The position numbers and the translations under genes are program-made. From positions 6,941 to 70,940 of the forward strand of contig CAYIMB010000001.1 of assembly GCA_964364425.1 (NCBI GenBank): 64,000 nucleotides of DNA. The letters run 5' to 3'. This document shows positions 54,026-63,281 of this stretch, piece after piece. Position 1 is the stretch's first letter, and each line of letters starts with the position of its first letter. The notes under the pieces were generated by a model that worked only from the letters and a program-made list of their open reading frames with translations, searched no databases and had not been told where the DNA came from. The DNA comes from an uncultured Gammaproteobacteria bacterium (lineage in GTDB: Bacteria > Patescibacteriota > Patescibacteriia > UBA9570 > JBBTWU01).

Positions 54026-54586
54026 ATGGGAGGTTATACTTGGCCACAACTTATCCTTGGATCGCTCTGGTTTATTTTACCTATTGGCTTGGCTAACATG
54101 GCCCCGGTGCTCTTTCGTTCGGCCATGAAGTTTTTGGCTAAACCAATAGACGGTGGCCGCCTGGTTATGGGCAGGCCGTTATTTGGTTCACACAAAACTT
54201 GGCGCGGATTGATATTTGCTACTGGAGCCGGGGAAATTATTTTTTTGATGCAACTTGGGATCATTGTGACCTTTCCAGATGTGAGGCACATCACCCTGTT
54301 TGATTATTTTAGCGTTCCCTTATGGACTGGGTTCATTCTTGGGTTTGGTGCCATCTTTGGCGACTTATTTAAGAGTTTTGTGAAGCGGCGGGTGAGTGTC
54401 AAACCTGGAGAACGCTGGTTTCCTTTTGATCAAATCGATTATCTGCTGGGAGGGCTGATTGCTATTTCTCTAGTGAATCCCGTGGCCTGGTTTGTGTGGG
54501 TTGCTGTTTTGGTCGGGGGGTTGATTCTCCACTTGTTGGTCAACAATATTGGTTATGCTTTGGGCTTGAAAGATACACGCTGGTAG
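54026..54586 (+). CDS. CDP-archaeol synthase-like (CarS/DUF46 family) membrane protein
   Basis: KPIDGGR...G...KTWRG signature and polytopic topology. Confidence 0.6.
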   Translation: MGGYTWPQLILGSLWFILPIGLANMAPVLFRSAMKFLAKPIDGGRLVMGRPLFGSHKTWRGLIFATGAGEIIFLMQLGIIVTFPDVRHITLFDYFSVPLWTGFILGFGAIFGDLFKSFVKRRVSVKPGERWFPFDQIDYLLGGLIAISLVNPVAWFVWVAVLVGGLILHLLVNNIGYALGLKDTRW

Positions 54587-54593
54587 GCGCTGC

Positions 54594-54622
54594 TTGACTC
54601 CACGCATTCCGTTCTGTATAGT
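54594..54622 (+). promoter_or_regulatory. Promoter TTGACT-N17-TATAGT upstream of secE
   Basis: Hexamers read directly from the sequence. Confidence 0.5.
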
Positions 54623-54630
54623 GTCAACAG

Positions 54631-54653
54631 AAATCCCGCCGCGGGGATTTTTT
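54631..54653 (+). terminator. Terminator-like hairpin plus T-tract (AAATCCCGCCGCGGGGATTTTTT) between the promoter and secE
   Basis: GC-rich stem followed by six T. It may terminate the upstream gene or act as a leader attenuator. Confidence 0.45.
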
Positions 54654-54674
54654 AAGATCGAATATTGATTTGCC

Positions 54675-54905
54675 ATGGATCAACCAGTCCCAACCTCAAT
54701 CCAGCCCCGTGTCACCATACGGACCCTACCTTCGTATTTTAAGACCTCCTGGCAAGAGTTGAAGAAAGTGTCTTGGCCAACTCGCAAGGAAACTTGGCGC
54801 AACACCTGGGTCGTGATCTTGGTCAGCGTGTTTTTTGGCCTCTTTTTGGGGGCTTTGGATTACGCCTTAAATCGATTGCTTGAATATATTTTGTCCTATG
54901 CCTAA
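54675..54905 (+). CDS. secE: Preprotein translocase subunit SecE
   Basis: 76 aa, single TM helix, conserved WPTRKE region. Confidence 0.85.
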   Translation: MDQPVPTSIQPRVTIRTLPSYFKTSWQELKKVSWPTRKETWRNTWVVILVSVFFGLFLGALDYALNRLLEYILSYA

Positions 54906-55443
54906 ACAAACAGGGGAACAAGGTCGTCGTTGGTACGTCATTCATACCTATTCCGGATACGAAGAAAACGTGGCACACAACTTGAAACAACGTATTGAAT
55001 CCATGGATATGGAGGACAAAATTTTTGATGTTCTCATTCCAACGGAGAAAAAAATTAAAATCCGCAACGGCAAACGCCGCGTGGTGATTGAGAAAATTTT
55101 TCCAGGCTACGTCTTGGTGAATATGATTGTAACGGATGATTCATGGTATGTGGTGCGAAATACACCTAATGTGACTGGATTTGTAGGAAGTGGAACCACT
55201 CCAACTCCAATTGATGATAAAGAAGTAGAAGGCTTGAAGAAACGAATGGGTGCTGAAGAACCAACGTATAAAATTGACGTCAACACTGGGGATACGGTAC
55301 GGATCACTGATGGTCCGTTCAAAGACATGGAGGGGAAAGTGTCAGAGGTGGATGAAACCCGTGGTAAGGTCAAAGTCATGGTGTCTATGTTTGGCCGTGA
55401 GACTCCGGTAGAACTTGATTCACTCCAAGTAAAGAAAATCTAA
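54898..55443 (+). CDS. nusG: Transcription antitermination factor NusG
   Basis: NGN domain ([12 protein letters not shown]) and KOW domain. The ATG at 54898 overlaps secE by 8 nt. Confidence 0.9.
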   Translation: MPKQTGEQGRRWYVIHTYSGYEENVAHNLKQRIESMDMEDKIFDVLIPTEKKIKIRNGKRRVVIEKIFPGYVLVNMIVTDDSWYVVRNTPNVTGFVGSGTTPTPIDDKEVEGLKKRMGAEEPTYKIDVNTGDTVRITDGPFKDMEGKVSEVDETRGKVKVMVSMFGRETPVELDSLQVKKI

Positions 55444-55445
55444 AT

Positions 55446-55868
55446 ATGGCAAAAAAAGTTAAGGTTCAGATTAAATTACAAATCCCAGCCGGCAAGGCTA
55501 ACCCAGCACCTCCAATTGGTCCTGCTTTAGGTCAACACGGTGTGGCTATTCAGGAATTTTGTACCAAGTTTAATGCAGAAACCAAAGACAAGATGGGAGA
55601 CATATTGCCTACGGTGATTACGGTATATGAAGACCGGTCTTTCACCTTTGTGGTGAAGACTCCTCCAGCAGCTGAGTTGTTAAAAAAGGCAGCCAAGATT
55701 CAAAAAGGTTCAGGTAAGTCGTTGACTGAAAAGGTCGGCAGCGTGACCAAAGCGCAAATCAAGGAAATAGCTGAAATGAAAATGCCTGACCTGAATGCCA
55801 ATACCATTGAGGCAGCCATGAAGATTATTGAGGGCACAGCACGCCAAATGGGAATCACGGTCAAGTAG
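55446..55868 (+). CDS. rplK: 50S ribosomal protein L11
   Basis: Conserved L11 sequence ([20 protein letters not shown]). Confidence 0.95.
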   Translation: MAKKVKVQIKLQIPAGKANPAPPIGPALGQHGVAIQEFCTKFNAETKDKMGDILPTVITVYEDRSFTFVVKTPPAAELLKKAAKIQKGSGKSLTEKVGSVTKAQIKEIAEMKMPDLNANTIEAAMKIIEGTARQMGITVK

Positions 55869-55939
55869 CTAGAAGTTAAATTGAAATTAATTAACGTGGG
55901 AGGGCTTGAGGCCCGCTTGAACCACTAAACCAGAAACAT

Positions 55940-56617
55940 ATGCCAAGATCAAAACGGTACAAAGCGCTCGTTGAAAAGATAGAAAAGGGAAAGGTCTACC
56001 CAGTCCAAGAAGCGCTTGCTGTGTTGAAAGAAAGTCCGGTCAAGTTTGATGCTGCCGTGGAAGTTCACATGCGGTTAGGAATTGATCCAAAAAAAGGTGA
56101 ACAAATGGTACGTGGTACCGTGGTGTTGCCTCATGGATCAGGCAAAACCCGCAAGATTGCCGCTTTTGTCTCTCCTGAAAAAGAAGCTGAAGCCAAGGCA
56201 GCTGGTGCTGATATTATAGGAACTGCTGACGTGATTGAGAAAATTAAATCTACAGGAAAGATAGACTTTGATATTGCTGTAGCTACTCCTGATATGATGA
56301 AGAAACTAGCACCCATTGCCAAGAACTTGGGTCAAGCGGGTGTGATGCCAAACCCCAAGACTGAAACGGTGAGCCCCAACGTGACGAAAATGATTACTGA
56401 ACTGAAAGGTGGAAAAGTGGCGTATAAAAACGATGACACTGCCAACGTCCACCAAATTGTTGGTCGCATAAGTTTTCCCGCTGATCACTTGGCAGAAAAC
56501 GTCAAAACATTTGTTGATGTCGTCAAAAAGGCTAAACCAGCTGACTCTAAGGGAACCTACGTTAGATCCATCACCCTGACCACCACTATGGGGCCAGGTA
56601 TTGCCATTAGCGTCTAG
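55940..56617 (+). CDS. rplA: 50S ribosomal protein L1
   Basis: Conserved L1 sequence, 225 aa. Confidence 0.95.
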   Translation: MPRSKRYKALVEKIEKGKVYPVQEALAVLKESPVKFDAAVEVHMRLGIDPKKGEQMVRGTVVLPHGSGKTRKIAAFVSPEKEAEAKAAGADIIGTADVIEKIKSTGKIDFDIAVATPDMMKKLAPIAKNLGQAGVMPNPKTETVSPNVTKMITELKGGKVAYKNDDTANVHQIVGRISFPADHLAENVKTFVDVVKKAKPADSKGTYVRSITLTTTMGPGIAISV

Positions 56618-56620
56618 CCT

Positions 56621-57724
56621 ATGGCACTGGGAGCATTTCCATCCCAGTATATCCGCAGGCTGATTGAGGAAGGTGCTGTTATTGGTGCCAGTCAAACCAA
56701 TATTCAACCTTCTTCTTTGGATTTGACCTTGTCTGAAGAGGCGTGGCGCATGCCTGGCATATTTTTACCGCGGCCAGGGGAAACCATTCATGACATTATC
56801 AAAACTGGCGGGGGAGAGCCCTGGGATTTATCCAAGCCCCTGCCTTTGCGCGGAATCTTTTTTGTGCGCTTGCGTGAGTCTTTGAAATTACCTTCAACGG
56901 TGATTTTTGCTTACGCTAACAACAAAAGCTCAACCGGGCGTATTAATTTACAAACTCGTTTGATTTGTGACGGAGTGAGTCAGTTTGACAAAGTGCCTCG
57001 TGGCTACGCCGGTGAGTTGTGGTTAGTGATTAGTCCGCGCTCTTTTAATATTCAAATGCATCCAGGGGCAGCTTTGAATCAACTCCGTTTCTTTAATTCT
57101 GATACGCGCCTGAACTACACAGATCATTTGGCCTTGTATGAGTATTTCAACTTACTCTGGAATCCAGATCATACTCCTATCTCACGGGATGAAGTCCATT
57201 TCGATCTGCACGGGGGAATCACCATGTCGGTGAACTTAGACCAAGACGTCATAGGATACTCCGCCACACAGAATCCAAATGTGACTCTGGATATTTCACG
57301 CTCTGATCATGATCCACATGATTTTTTCCGTCCACTCCACCGACCAGAAAATGGGCGCTTGATGTTGTTGCGTGATGAATTTTATATTCTTTCCACCATA
57401 GAACAGATTGCTGTTCCGCCGGAATTTTCTGTAGAGATGGTAGCGTATGATCCATCTAAGGGTGAATTCCGTAGCCATTATGCCGGTTTCTTTGATCCGG
57501 GCTTTGGGTTTGGAGAGAAGGGTGAGGTCAAGGGCACAACGGCTGTTTTAGAGGTATATCCGCATGATAACGACTTCTTTTTGCGTCATGGGCAACCAAT
57601 CTGTAAAATGGTGTATGAGCGTTTGGCTACGTTTCCGGAGTTGGTTTATGGCACCGGCAACCTGAAGTCGAATTACCAGAAACAGTCAGGACCTCGTCTC
57701 AGTAAATATTTTAAATCAGCTTAA
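56621..57724 (+). CDS. dcd: 2'-deoxycytidine 5'-triphosphate deaminase, long form (DCD family)
   Basis: N-terminus resembles the dCTP deaminase/dUTPase fold, and the ~360-aa size is typical of long-form DCD. Confidence 0.6.
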   Translation: MALGAFPSQYIRRLIEEGAVIGASQTNIQPSSLDLTLSEEAWRMPGIFLPRPGETIHDIIKTGGGEPWDLSKPLPLRGIFFVRLRESLKLPSTVIFAYANNKSSTGRINLQTRLICDGVSQFDKVPRGYAGELWLVISPRSFNIQMHPGAALNQLRFFNSDTRLNYTDHLALYEYFNLLWNPDHTPISRDEVHFDLHGGITMSVNLDQDVIGYSATQNPNVTLDISRSDHDPHDFFRPLHRPENGRLMLLRDEFYILSTIEQIAVPPEFSVEMVAYDPSKGEFRSHYAGFFDPGFGFGEKGEVKGTTAVLEVYPHDNDFFLRHGQPICKMVYERLATFPELVYGTGNLKSNYQKQSGPRLSKYFKSA

Positions 57725-57819
57725 ATATCTCGATCGCGAGGCTCAGAGAGTGCATGCTTTGACGGAGCCCCAATCACCGTCACGCACGCATCTCTCTTGC
57801 GCCTCGCTCTCAAAATTCT

Positions 57820-59256
57820 ATGTCAGATTGGCCAGTCTACTTTAAAGAGAACTTGATTGTTGGAAATCTTGACTCCGGAGTTGGAGTCGCTACGCTTTGG
57901 TCTCCGCGGGAAGCTATTGCCAAGGGTCTAGACCCTAAGACCTATTGCGTGATTGGTCAGTTGTATGCCAATGATGGGATTAATCCCATGATTCGGAATA
58001 TCATGGCCAGGCCGCAAATCAGAACACTGGTGCTATGCGGTCAGGATAAAATTGGTTCAGCCGATTCTTTGGCTCATTTGATTAACAACGGCATAGATGA
58101 AAAAGGGAAGGTGGTAGGCAAGCCGGAGTCAAAAGTGGAAAAAGAAATTCCACGGGAAGCGGTGGAGAAATTCCGGCAGAATGTGAAGCTGGTGGATATG
58201 CGTGGAGTGTTTGATACGGTTAAAATCCAGACCGCCATTAATGAGGTGTCTCAAGACAATACGGCGTTTGCAGAACCACAATTATTCCCGGAGCCGGAGA
58301 TTTCCACTGACCGGTACCCAACAGATGCTTCCACCATCAAAATTCGGGGAAAGTTTGTTGGCGACGTGTGGCTGCGTCTACTCTGGCACATCATGCGGTT
58401 TGGGGCAGAAAAACAGTCACATCACGGGACGAACCAGAAAGAGTTGTGGAATGTAGTCACTGTCATAGAGGAAGAAGATCCGACTCATATCAAATGGTCG
58501 CCGTGGTTTAATTTCACACAGGAACATTTTGAAGGGTATAAGCCGCAAGTGATGACTAAAGAGAAAATTCCTTCGTTGGAATATACCTACGGTCAACGCC
58601 TGAGAGATCATGACGGGATTGACCAGATTGCTTCCATTAAAGAAAAGCTCAAAAAAGAGCCGTTCAGCCGGCGGGCTGTGGGCGTGACTTGGAATGTGCA
58701 GTTGGATGATTCCAGCACCCATCCACCATGTTTAGATATTGTGCAGTGTGTGGTTCAAGATGAACTGTTGTTGATGAATTGTTACTTCCGTTCCAATGAC
58801 ATGTTTAGAGCTTGGCCGGAAAACGCTTTGGCTTTGCGCACCATGCAAAAAGAAATTGCAGACGAACTGGGAATCATGTTGGGTTCTTTGACCATTGTTT
58901 CAGCTTCTGCACATGTGTACGAAGAAAGTTACGCGGCGATCAAGGAGATGTTGAAGGAGTATTATCCTAAGGCCCTTGATTTTTGTGAATTTGATCCACG
59001 AGGTAATTTTGTCATCTCAGTCTCAAACGGAACTATCAACTTGATTCAGATGAATCCCACCGGATCAAAAATTGGAACGTACTCAGGAAAGACTGCCATG
59101 CAAGTCTATCAAAAGCTGGTTGAAGATTATGCGGTATCTATTATTGGACATGCCTTAGATTTAGGCGGAGAGTTACAAAAAGCTGAGATGTGTTTGCGTT
59201 TAGGTATTCAGTATACGCAGGACCGCCCAGTGCCGTTTCAGGATTTGAAAAAGTAG
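57820..59256 (+). CDS. thyA: Thymidylate synthase (ThyA family) with an uncharacterised N-terminal extension of about 175 aa
   Basis: HPPCLD catalytic-Cys motif, YFRSNDMF...WPEN, SAHVYEE, and an upstream GTNQKELWNV region. Confidence 0.7.
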   Translation: MSDWPVYFKENLIVGNLDSGVGVATLWSPREAIAKGLDPKTYCVIGQLYANDGINPMIRNIMARPQIRTLVLCGQDKIGSADSLAHLINNGIDEKGKVVGKPESKVEKEIPREAVEKFRQNVKLVDMRGVFDTVKIQTAINEVSQDNTAFAEPQLFPEPEISTDRYPTDASTIKIRGKFVGDVWLRLLWHIMRFGAEKQSHHGTNQKELWNVVTVIEEEDPTHIKWSPWFNFTQEHFEGYKPQVMTKEKIPSLEYTYGQRLRDHDGIDQIASIKEKLKKEPFSRRAVGVTWNVQLDDSSTHPPCLDIVQCVVQDELLLMNCYFRSNDMFRAWPENALALRTMQKEIADELGIMLGSLTIVSASAHVYEESYAAIKEMLKEYYPKALDFCEFDPRGNFVISVSNGTINLIQMNPTGSKIGTYSGKTAMQVYQKLVEDYAVSIIGHALDLGGELQKAEMCLRLGIQYTQDRPVPFQDLKK

Positions 59257-59310
59257 AAAGAGACGCAACCCCTTTACCAATCAGATCAGTATGATATACT
59301 CATATCAAGT

Positions 59311-59967
59311 ATGAAAAACCCATTCGAAGGACTGTTTAGCCATAAAGGAAAGTTCATTGTGTTTGAGGGGGGTGAGGGCTCGGGCAAATCGACTCAGGCG
59401 AAATTATTGTTGGAACGGCTGCAAAAAGAAGGCAAAGACGTGATCTATACCAAGGAACCAGGAGGAACCCCGGTGGCTGACAAGATTCGGGAGATTATTT
59501 TGTATCAAAATACTGAACCAGTGGTTCCCAAGACGGAACTCTTTTTGTTATTGGCTTCCCGGGCGCAACATGTGACACAGAAAATTGCACCAGCTTTGAA
59601 GGAAAGCAAGCACGTGATTTGTGACCGTTTTTCCGGTTCAACTTATGCCTACCAAATTGGCGCGCGTAAGATGCCTAACGGTACATTTATTGAGGCTATG
59701 GATGCGTATGCACGGGACGGGCTAGAACCGGATTTGGTGATTTTTTTTGATGTGGACCCGGAGATTGGTTTAGCACGGAAAAAACAAGGCAATGAAGAGC
59801 TGAACCGCTTAGATAAAGAAGAGCTAGACTTTCACCGTAAAGTCCGTGGTCATTTCAAAAAACTGGCCAAACACAATGACGACAATTGGGTGGAACTGGA
59901 TGGCAGCTTACCTATCCAAGACCTGCATGTGCTGGTGTATGACCAGGTGAGTAAATTGTTGGCATGA
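59311..59967 (+). CDS. tmk: Thymidylate kinase
   Basis: P-loop FEGGEGSGKST, DR(F/Y) motif and lid region. Confidence 0.9.
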   Translation: MKNPFEGLFSHKGKFIVFEGGEGSGKSTQAKLLLERLQKEGKDVIYTKEPGGTPVADKIREIILYQNTEPVVPKTELFLLLASRAQHVTQKIAPALKESKHVICDRFSGSTYAYQIGARKMPNGTFIEAMDAYARDGLEPDLVIFFDVDPEIGLARKKQGNEELNRLDKEELDFHRKVRGHFKKLAKHNDDNWVELDGSLPIQDLHVLVYDQVSKLLA

Positions 59968-60389
59968 CACTCAAGGTACAGAAAGTTCGACCTGAGGCAC
60001 AACTCCCCGTTTACGCCCACCCCGGAGATGCTGGGTTAGATATCAGAGCAGCGCTAGCTGCTCAAATCCCATCCGGAGAACGCGTGGCCGTGGCTACCGG
60101 CCTGGCGCTTGAACTCCCCCAAGGAACGGTCGGATTGGTCTGGGATAAAAGCGGTCGAGCCTTAAAACAAGGGCTAAAAACCATGGCCGGGGTGATTGAT
60201 GCAGGATTCCGGGGAGAGTTTTTGGTGGTATTACTCAATACCTCGGACCAGGTGGTGAAGATCGAACCTGGAGATAAAATAGCCCAACTGCTGATCCAGC
60301 CTGTCAACCAAGTTGAGGTGGAAGAAGTGACCTCCGTTGCGGATTCTACGCGTGGTCAGGGCGGTTTTGGCTCAACTGGACTGCAATAA
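59964..60389 (+). CDS. dut: dUTP diphosphatase
   Basis: dUTPase motifs (AGLDI, GVIDAGFRGE, RGQGGFGSTG). Confidence 0.9.
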   Translation: MTLKVQKVRPEAQLPVYAHPGDAGLDIRAALAAQIPSGERVAVATGLALELPQGTVGLVWDKSGRALKQGLKTMAGVIDAGFRGEFLVVLLNTSDQVVKIEPGDKIAQLLIQPVNQVEVEEVTSVADSTRGQGGFGSTGLQ

Positions 60390-60411
60390 GGTTTTTTGTC
60401 ATGCTACCGCT

Positions 60412-61935
60412 ATGTCTAAATATGAAGTAGTTGTTGGAATTGAAGTGCACTTGCAGCTTAAAACTGCAAGCAAGATGTATTGTGCTTGCCGAAATGAAGA
60501 CAACGCAACGCCAAATGTGAATATTTGTCCTATTTGTACTGGGCAACCTGGGACGTTGCCGGTGTTGAACCAAAAGGCCGTTGAGTTGGTCGGGATTTTA
60601 TCTATTGCGCTGGAGGCGGAAATTTTACAGGAATCTGTGTTTGCACGGAAAAACTATTTTTATCCTGACTTACCTAAAGGCTACCAGATTTCCCAATATG
60701 AACTTCCTTTTTCAAAGGATGGTAAAGCAGAGATTGAAACGCGAGCTTTGCATAAAAAAGTGATTCGGATTGAGCGTCTGCAGTTAGAAGAAGATTCAGC
60801 CAAGATGATGCATGCTGTTGACGGTTCCAGTTTAGTCGATTTTAATCGAGCTGGAGCGCCGTTGGTGGAAATTGTGAGTCTGACGGATATTCGTTCTGCT
60901 GAGGAGGCAAAGTTGTATGTGTTGCAGCTGCAATCCATTGCGCGGTTTTGCGGTGTGTCTGACGCTGATATGGAAAAAGGTCAGATGAGATGTGACGTGA
61001 ATGTGAGTATTCGGCCGGTGGGGGATACAAAGTTATATACTAAGATTGAAGTTAAAAATCTGAATTCTGTTCGGGCGGTTGAACGCACGATTGAATTTGA
61101 ATTGAACCGGCAAGCCTCGTTGTGGGAAGCCGGAACTCCTCCGACCAAATCTGAAACCAGAGGCTGGAATGACGCAAGCGGTGAAACGGTCGCTCAACGC
61201 ACTAAAGAAGGGGCGGCAGACTACCGTTACTTTAATGAACCGGATATTCCCCCGCTCAGAATTACCCCAGAGCAAGTGGCTCATTGGCGAGCTGAAGTGC
61301 CAGAACTTCCAGCCGTGCGCCAACAACGGCTAATGAGCGAATACGAATTGTCTAAGCATGATGCCGGGGTGTTGGTTGGTGATGCTAGGATAGCTGAGTT
61401 TTTTGAAACAACCATGTCTGAACTGAGGGCTTGGTTGAACTCTATAGAGTCAACAGAAGGAAATGAGGAGGAGATTTGGAAGGTTAACCGTTTGAAGTTA
61501 GTCAGAGGCGCCTTTGGCTGGATTACTGGTGACCTATTCAAGCTGCTTAACCGGCAAGGTAAAACTTTGGCTGACCTTAAAATTACCCCAGAAAATTTTG
61601 CTGAACTGTTAATTTTGGTGTTTGATAAAAAACTCAATCGCACTGCTGCGGCTCAAGTCTTGGAAATGATGTTGGAAAAACAACATGTTCCCAACGGTTC
61701 TGATCCTTCCATGATTATGCAGAACCTTGGTGTGGAACAACAACATGATACGGGGGCATTGAGCGCGGCTGTTGATACAGTCCTGAATGAGCACCCTAGC
61801 GTGGCAGCTGATGTGAGAGGCGGGAAAGATCAAGCTGTCATGTTTTTGGTGGGTAAAGTCATGAAGTTGACCAAAGGTTCGGCTAATCCAGAAAAAGTAG
61901 CTGAATTGATTCGGGACCGGATTGGGCTTATATAA
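60412..61935 (+). CDS. gatB: Asp/Glu-tRNA amidotransferase subunit B
   Basis: N-terminus VVGIEVHLQL...K(M/L)(Y/F)C and GatB/YqeY C-terminal domain. The ATG at 60412 follows the dut stop. Confidence 0.9.
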   Translation: MSKYEVVVGIEVHLQLKTASKMYCACRNEDNATPNVNICPICTGQPGTLPVLNQKAVELVGILSIALEAEILQESVFARKNYFYPDLPKGYQISQYELPFSKDGKAEIETRALHKKVIRIERLQLEEDSAKMMHAVDGSSLVDFNRAGAPLVEIVSLTDIRSAEEAKLYVLQLQSIARFCGVSDADMEKGQMRCDVNVSIRPVGDTKLYTKIEVKNLNSVRAVERTIEFELNRQASLWEAGTPPTKSETRGWNDASGETVAQRTKEGAADYRYFNEPDIPPLRITPEQVAHWRAEVPELPAVRQQRLMSEYELSKHDAGVLVGDARIAEFFETTMSELRAWLNSIESTEGNEEEIWKVNRLKLVRGAFGWITGDLFKLLNRQGKTLADLKITPENFAELLILVFDKKLNRTAAAQVLEMMLEKQHVPNGSDPSMIMQNLGVEQQHDTGALSAAVDTVLNEHPSVAADVRGGKDQAVMFLVGKVMKLTKGSANPEKVAELIRDRIGLI

Positions 61936-61951
61936 ATACCCTACACAGCCT

Positions 61952-62392
61952 ATGGCTTTTTATCCTCTACTGGTCACTACTGATGTGGTCGTCCGTAACC
62001 CAAAGGGTCAGGTCTTGGTGGTAAAACGCAACATAGACCCATTTAGAGGGTTGTGGGTGAATCCAGGTGGTCACTTGGAAAAAGGCCAGACGGTAGAAGA
62101 GTGTGCCTTAACCGAATTGGCTGAAGAAACGGGCTTGGTGGTTGGACCTCAAGACCTTAAATTGATTAATGTGTTTTCCAGTCCTGAGCGTGATACCAGA
62201 ACGGATTACCAACGGATTAGCGTGGCTTACCTGGTGGAGGCGCCAGACGGCTGGGAGCCACGGTTGAATGAAGAAGCAAATGAGTGGAAATGGATTGACC
62301 CAAAAGACGTTTCCAGATCAGATATGGGTTTTGATCATTTTGACGTGATTACCCAAGTCAGAAAAAAATACCCAAGGCGGACTACTTCATAA
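61952..62392 (+). CDS. NUDIX hydrolase (alternative start at 61922)
   Basis: Nudix box GGHLEKGQTVEECALTELAEETGL. Confidence 0.8.
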   Translation: MAFYPLLVTTDVVVRNPKGQVLVVKRNIDPFRGLWVNPGGHLEKGQTVEECALTELAEETGLVVGPQDLKLINVFSSPERDTRTDYQRISVAYLVEAPDGWEPRLNEEANEWKWIDPKDVSRSDMGFDHFDVITQVRKKYPRRTTS

Positions 62393-63281
62393 ATTGCTGC
62401 ACCAGCTTACTCGCCTTATCTGGTTTAATCCAATGAATCCGTTTATCTCGCTTGAACCAGGTCATTTGACGGCGAGCGTATTGGCGGGTATGTAGTTTGA
62501 TTTGGTCTATTGCCTCAGGCAGATCGATCTTCCCTTGCACATAAGCCCCTATTTCCTTATATCCAATTCCTGACAGAGCCGGTAAGTCCCAAGTATAGTG
62601 TTGGGCTAACCCTTTTACCTCTTCTACTAACCCGTCCTTGATCTGCTGGTCAACCCGCTGGTTAATCCTTTTGTCTAACACGCTCGTTTCCGGTTTTAAC
62701 CCAAGCATCAGGGTGTTAAAAACCGCCGGCCCGCGTTTATTGAGGATAGGCGCAAGCTTGGAATTCGCTTGGGCAATTTCTATTGCCCTAATCACTCGGC
62801 GTTTATTTTTTAGCTGAACCATCTGAGCGGCTTCAGGCTCAAGTTTTAAAAGTTGGCCGACTAATTGGTCGAGTGGTTGTTGTTCCCATTTTGTTCTTTG
62901 GCCTGACGGCTTTCCCGTTGGGAGCAGCCAGTTATCCACCACAGAGTTTATATACAAACCAGTTCCGCCAACTAAAAACGGAATTTGGTCCGGATGTGTG
63001 TTGTGGCGTGTTTGAATAATTTCAAAGATGCGTGTTTGTATTTCGTTCAGGGCCAAGGGTTGATCAGGGGTAGTGATATCAATTAAAAAATGTGGTAGTT
63101 GAGCCCGTTCCTCAGCTGTCATTTTGGCTGTACCAATGTCCATTCCCATGTAGATCTGTCTAGAATCAGCTGAAATAATATAGCCGTTGAACTGTTTGGC
63201 CAGACGTATAGACAATCCGGTTTTTCCGGAGGCAGTGGGGCCAACAATGCAAATTAATTTTGGTAGGGCAGGCAAGTTCAT
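62382..63281 (-). CDS. miaA: tRNA dimethylallyltransferase
   Basis: P-loop GPTASGKT and the DSRQIYxGMDIGTAK motif. Confidence 0.9.
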   Translation of the reverse strand: MNLPALPKLICIVGPTASGKTGLSIRLAKQFNGYIISADSRQIYMGMDIGTAKMTAEERAQLPHFLIDITTPDQPLALNEIQTRIFEIIQTRHNTHPDQIPFLVGGTGLYINSVVDNWLLPTGKPSGQRTKWEQQPLDQLVGQLLKLEPEAAQMVQLKNKRRVIRAIEIAQANSKLAPILNKRGPAVFNTLMLGLKPETSVLDKRINQRVDQQIKDGLVEEVKGLAQHYTWDLPALSGIGYKEIGAYVQGKIDLPEAIDQIKLHTRQYARRQMTWFKRDKRIHWIKPDKASKLVQQFMK

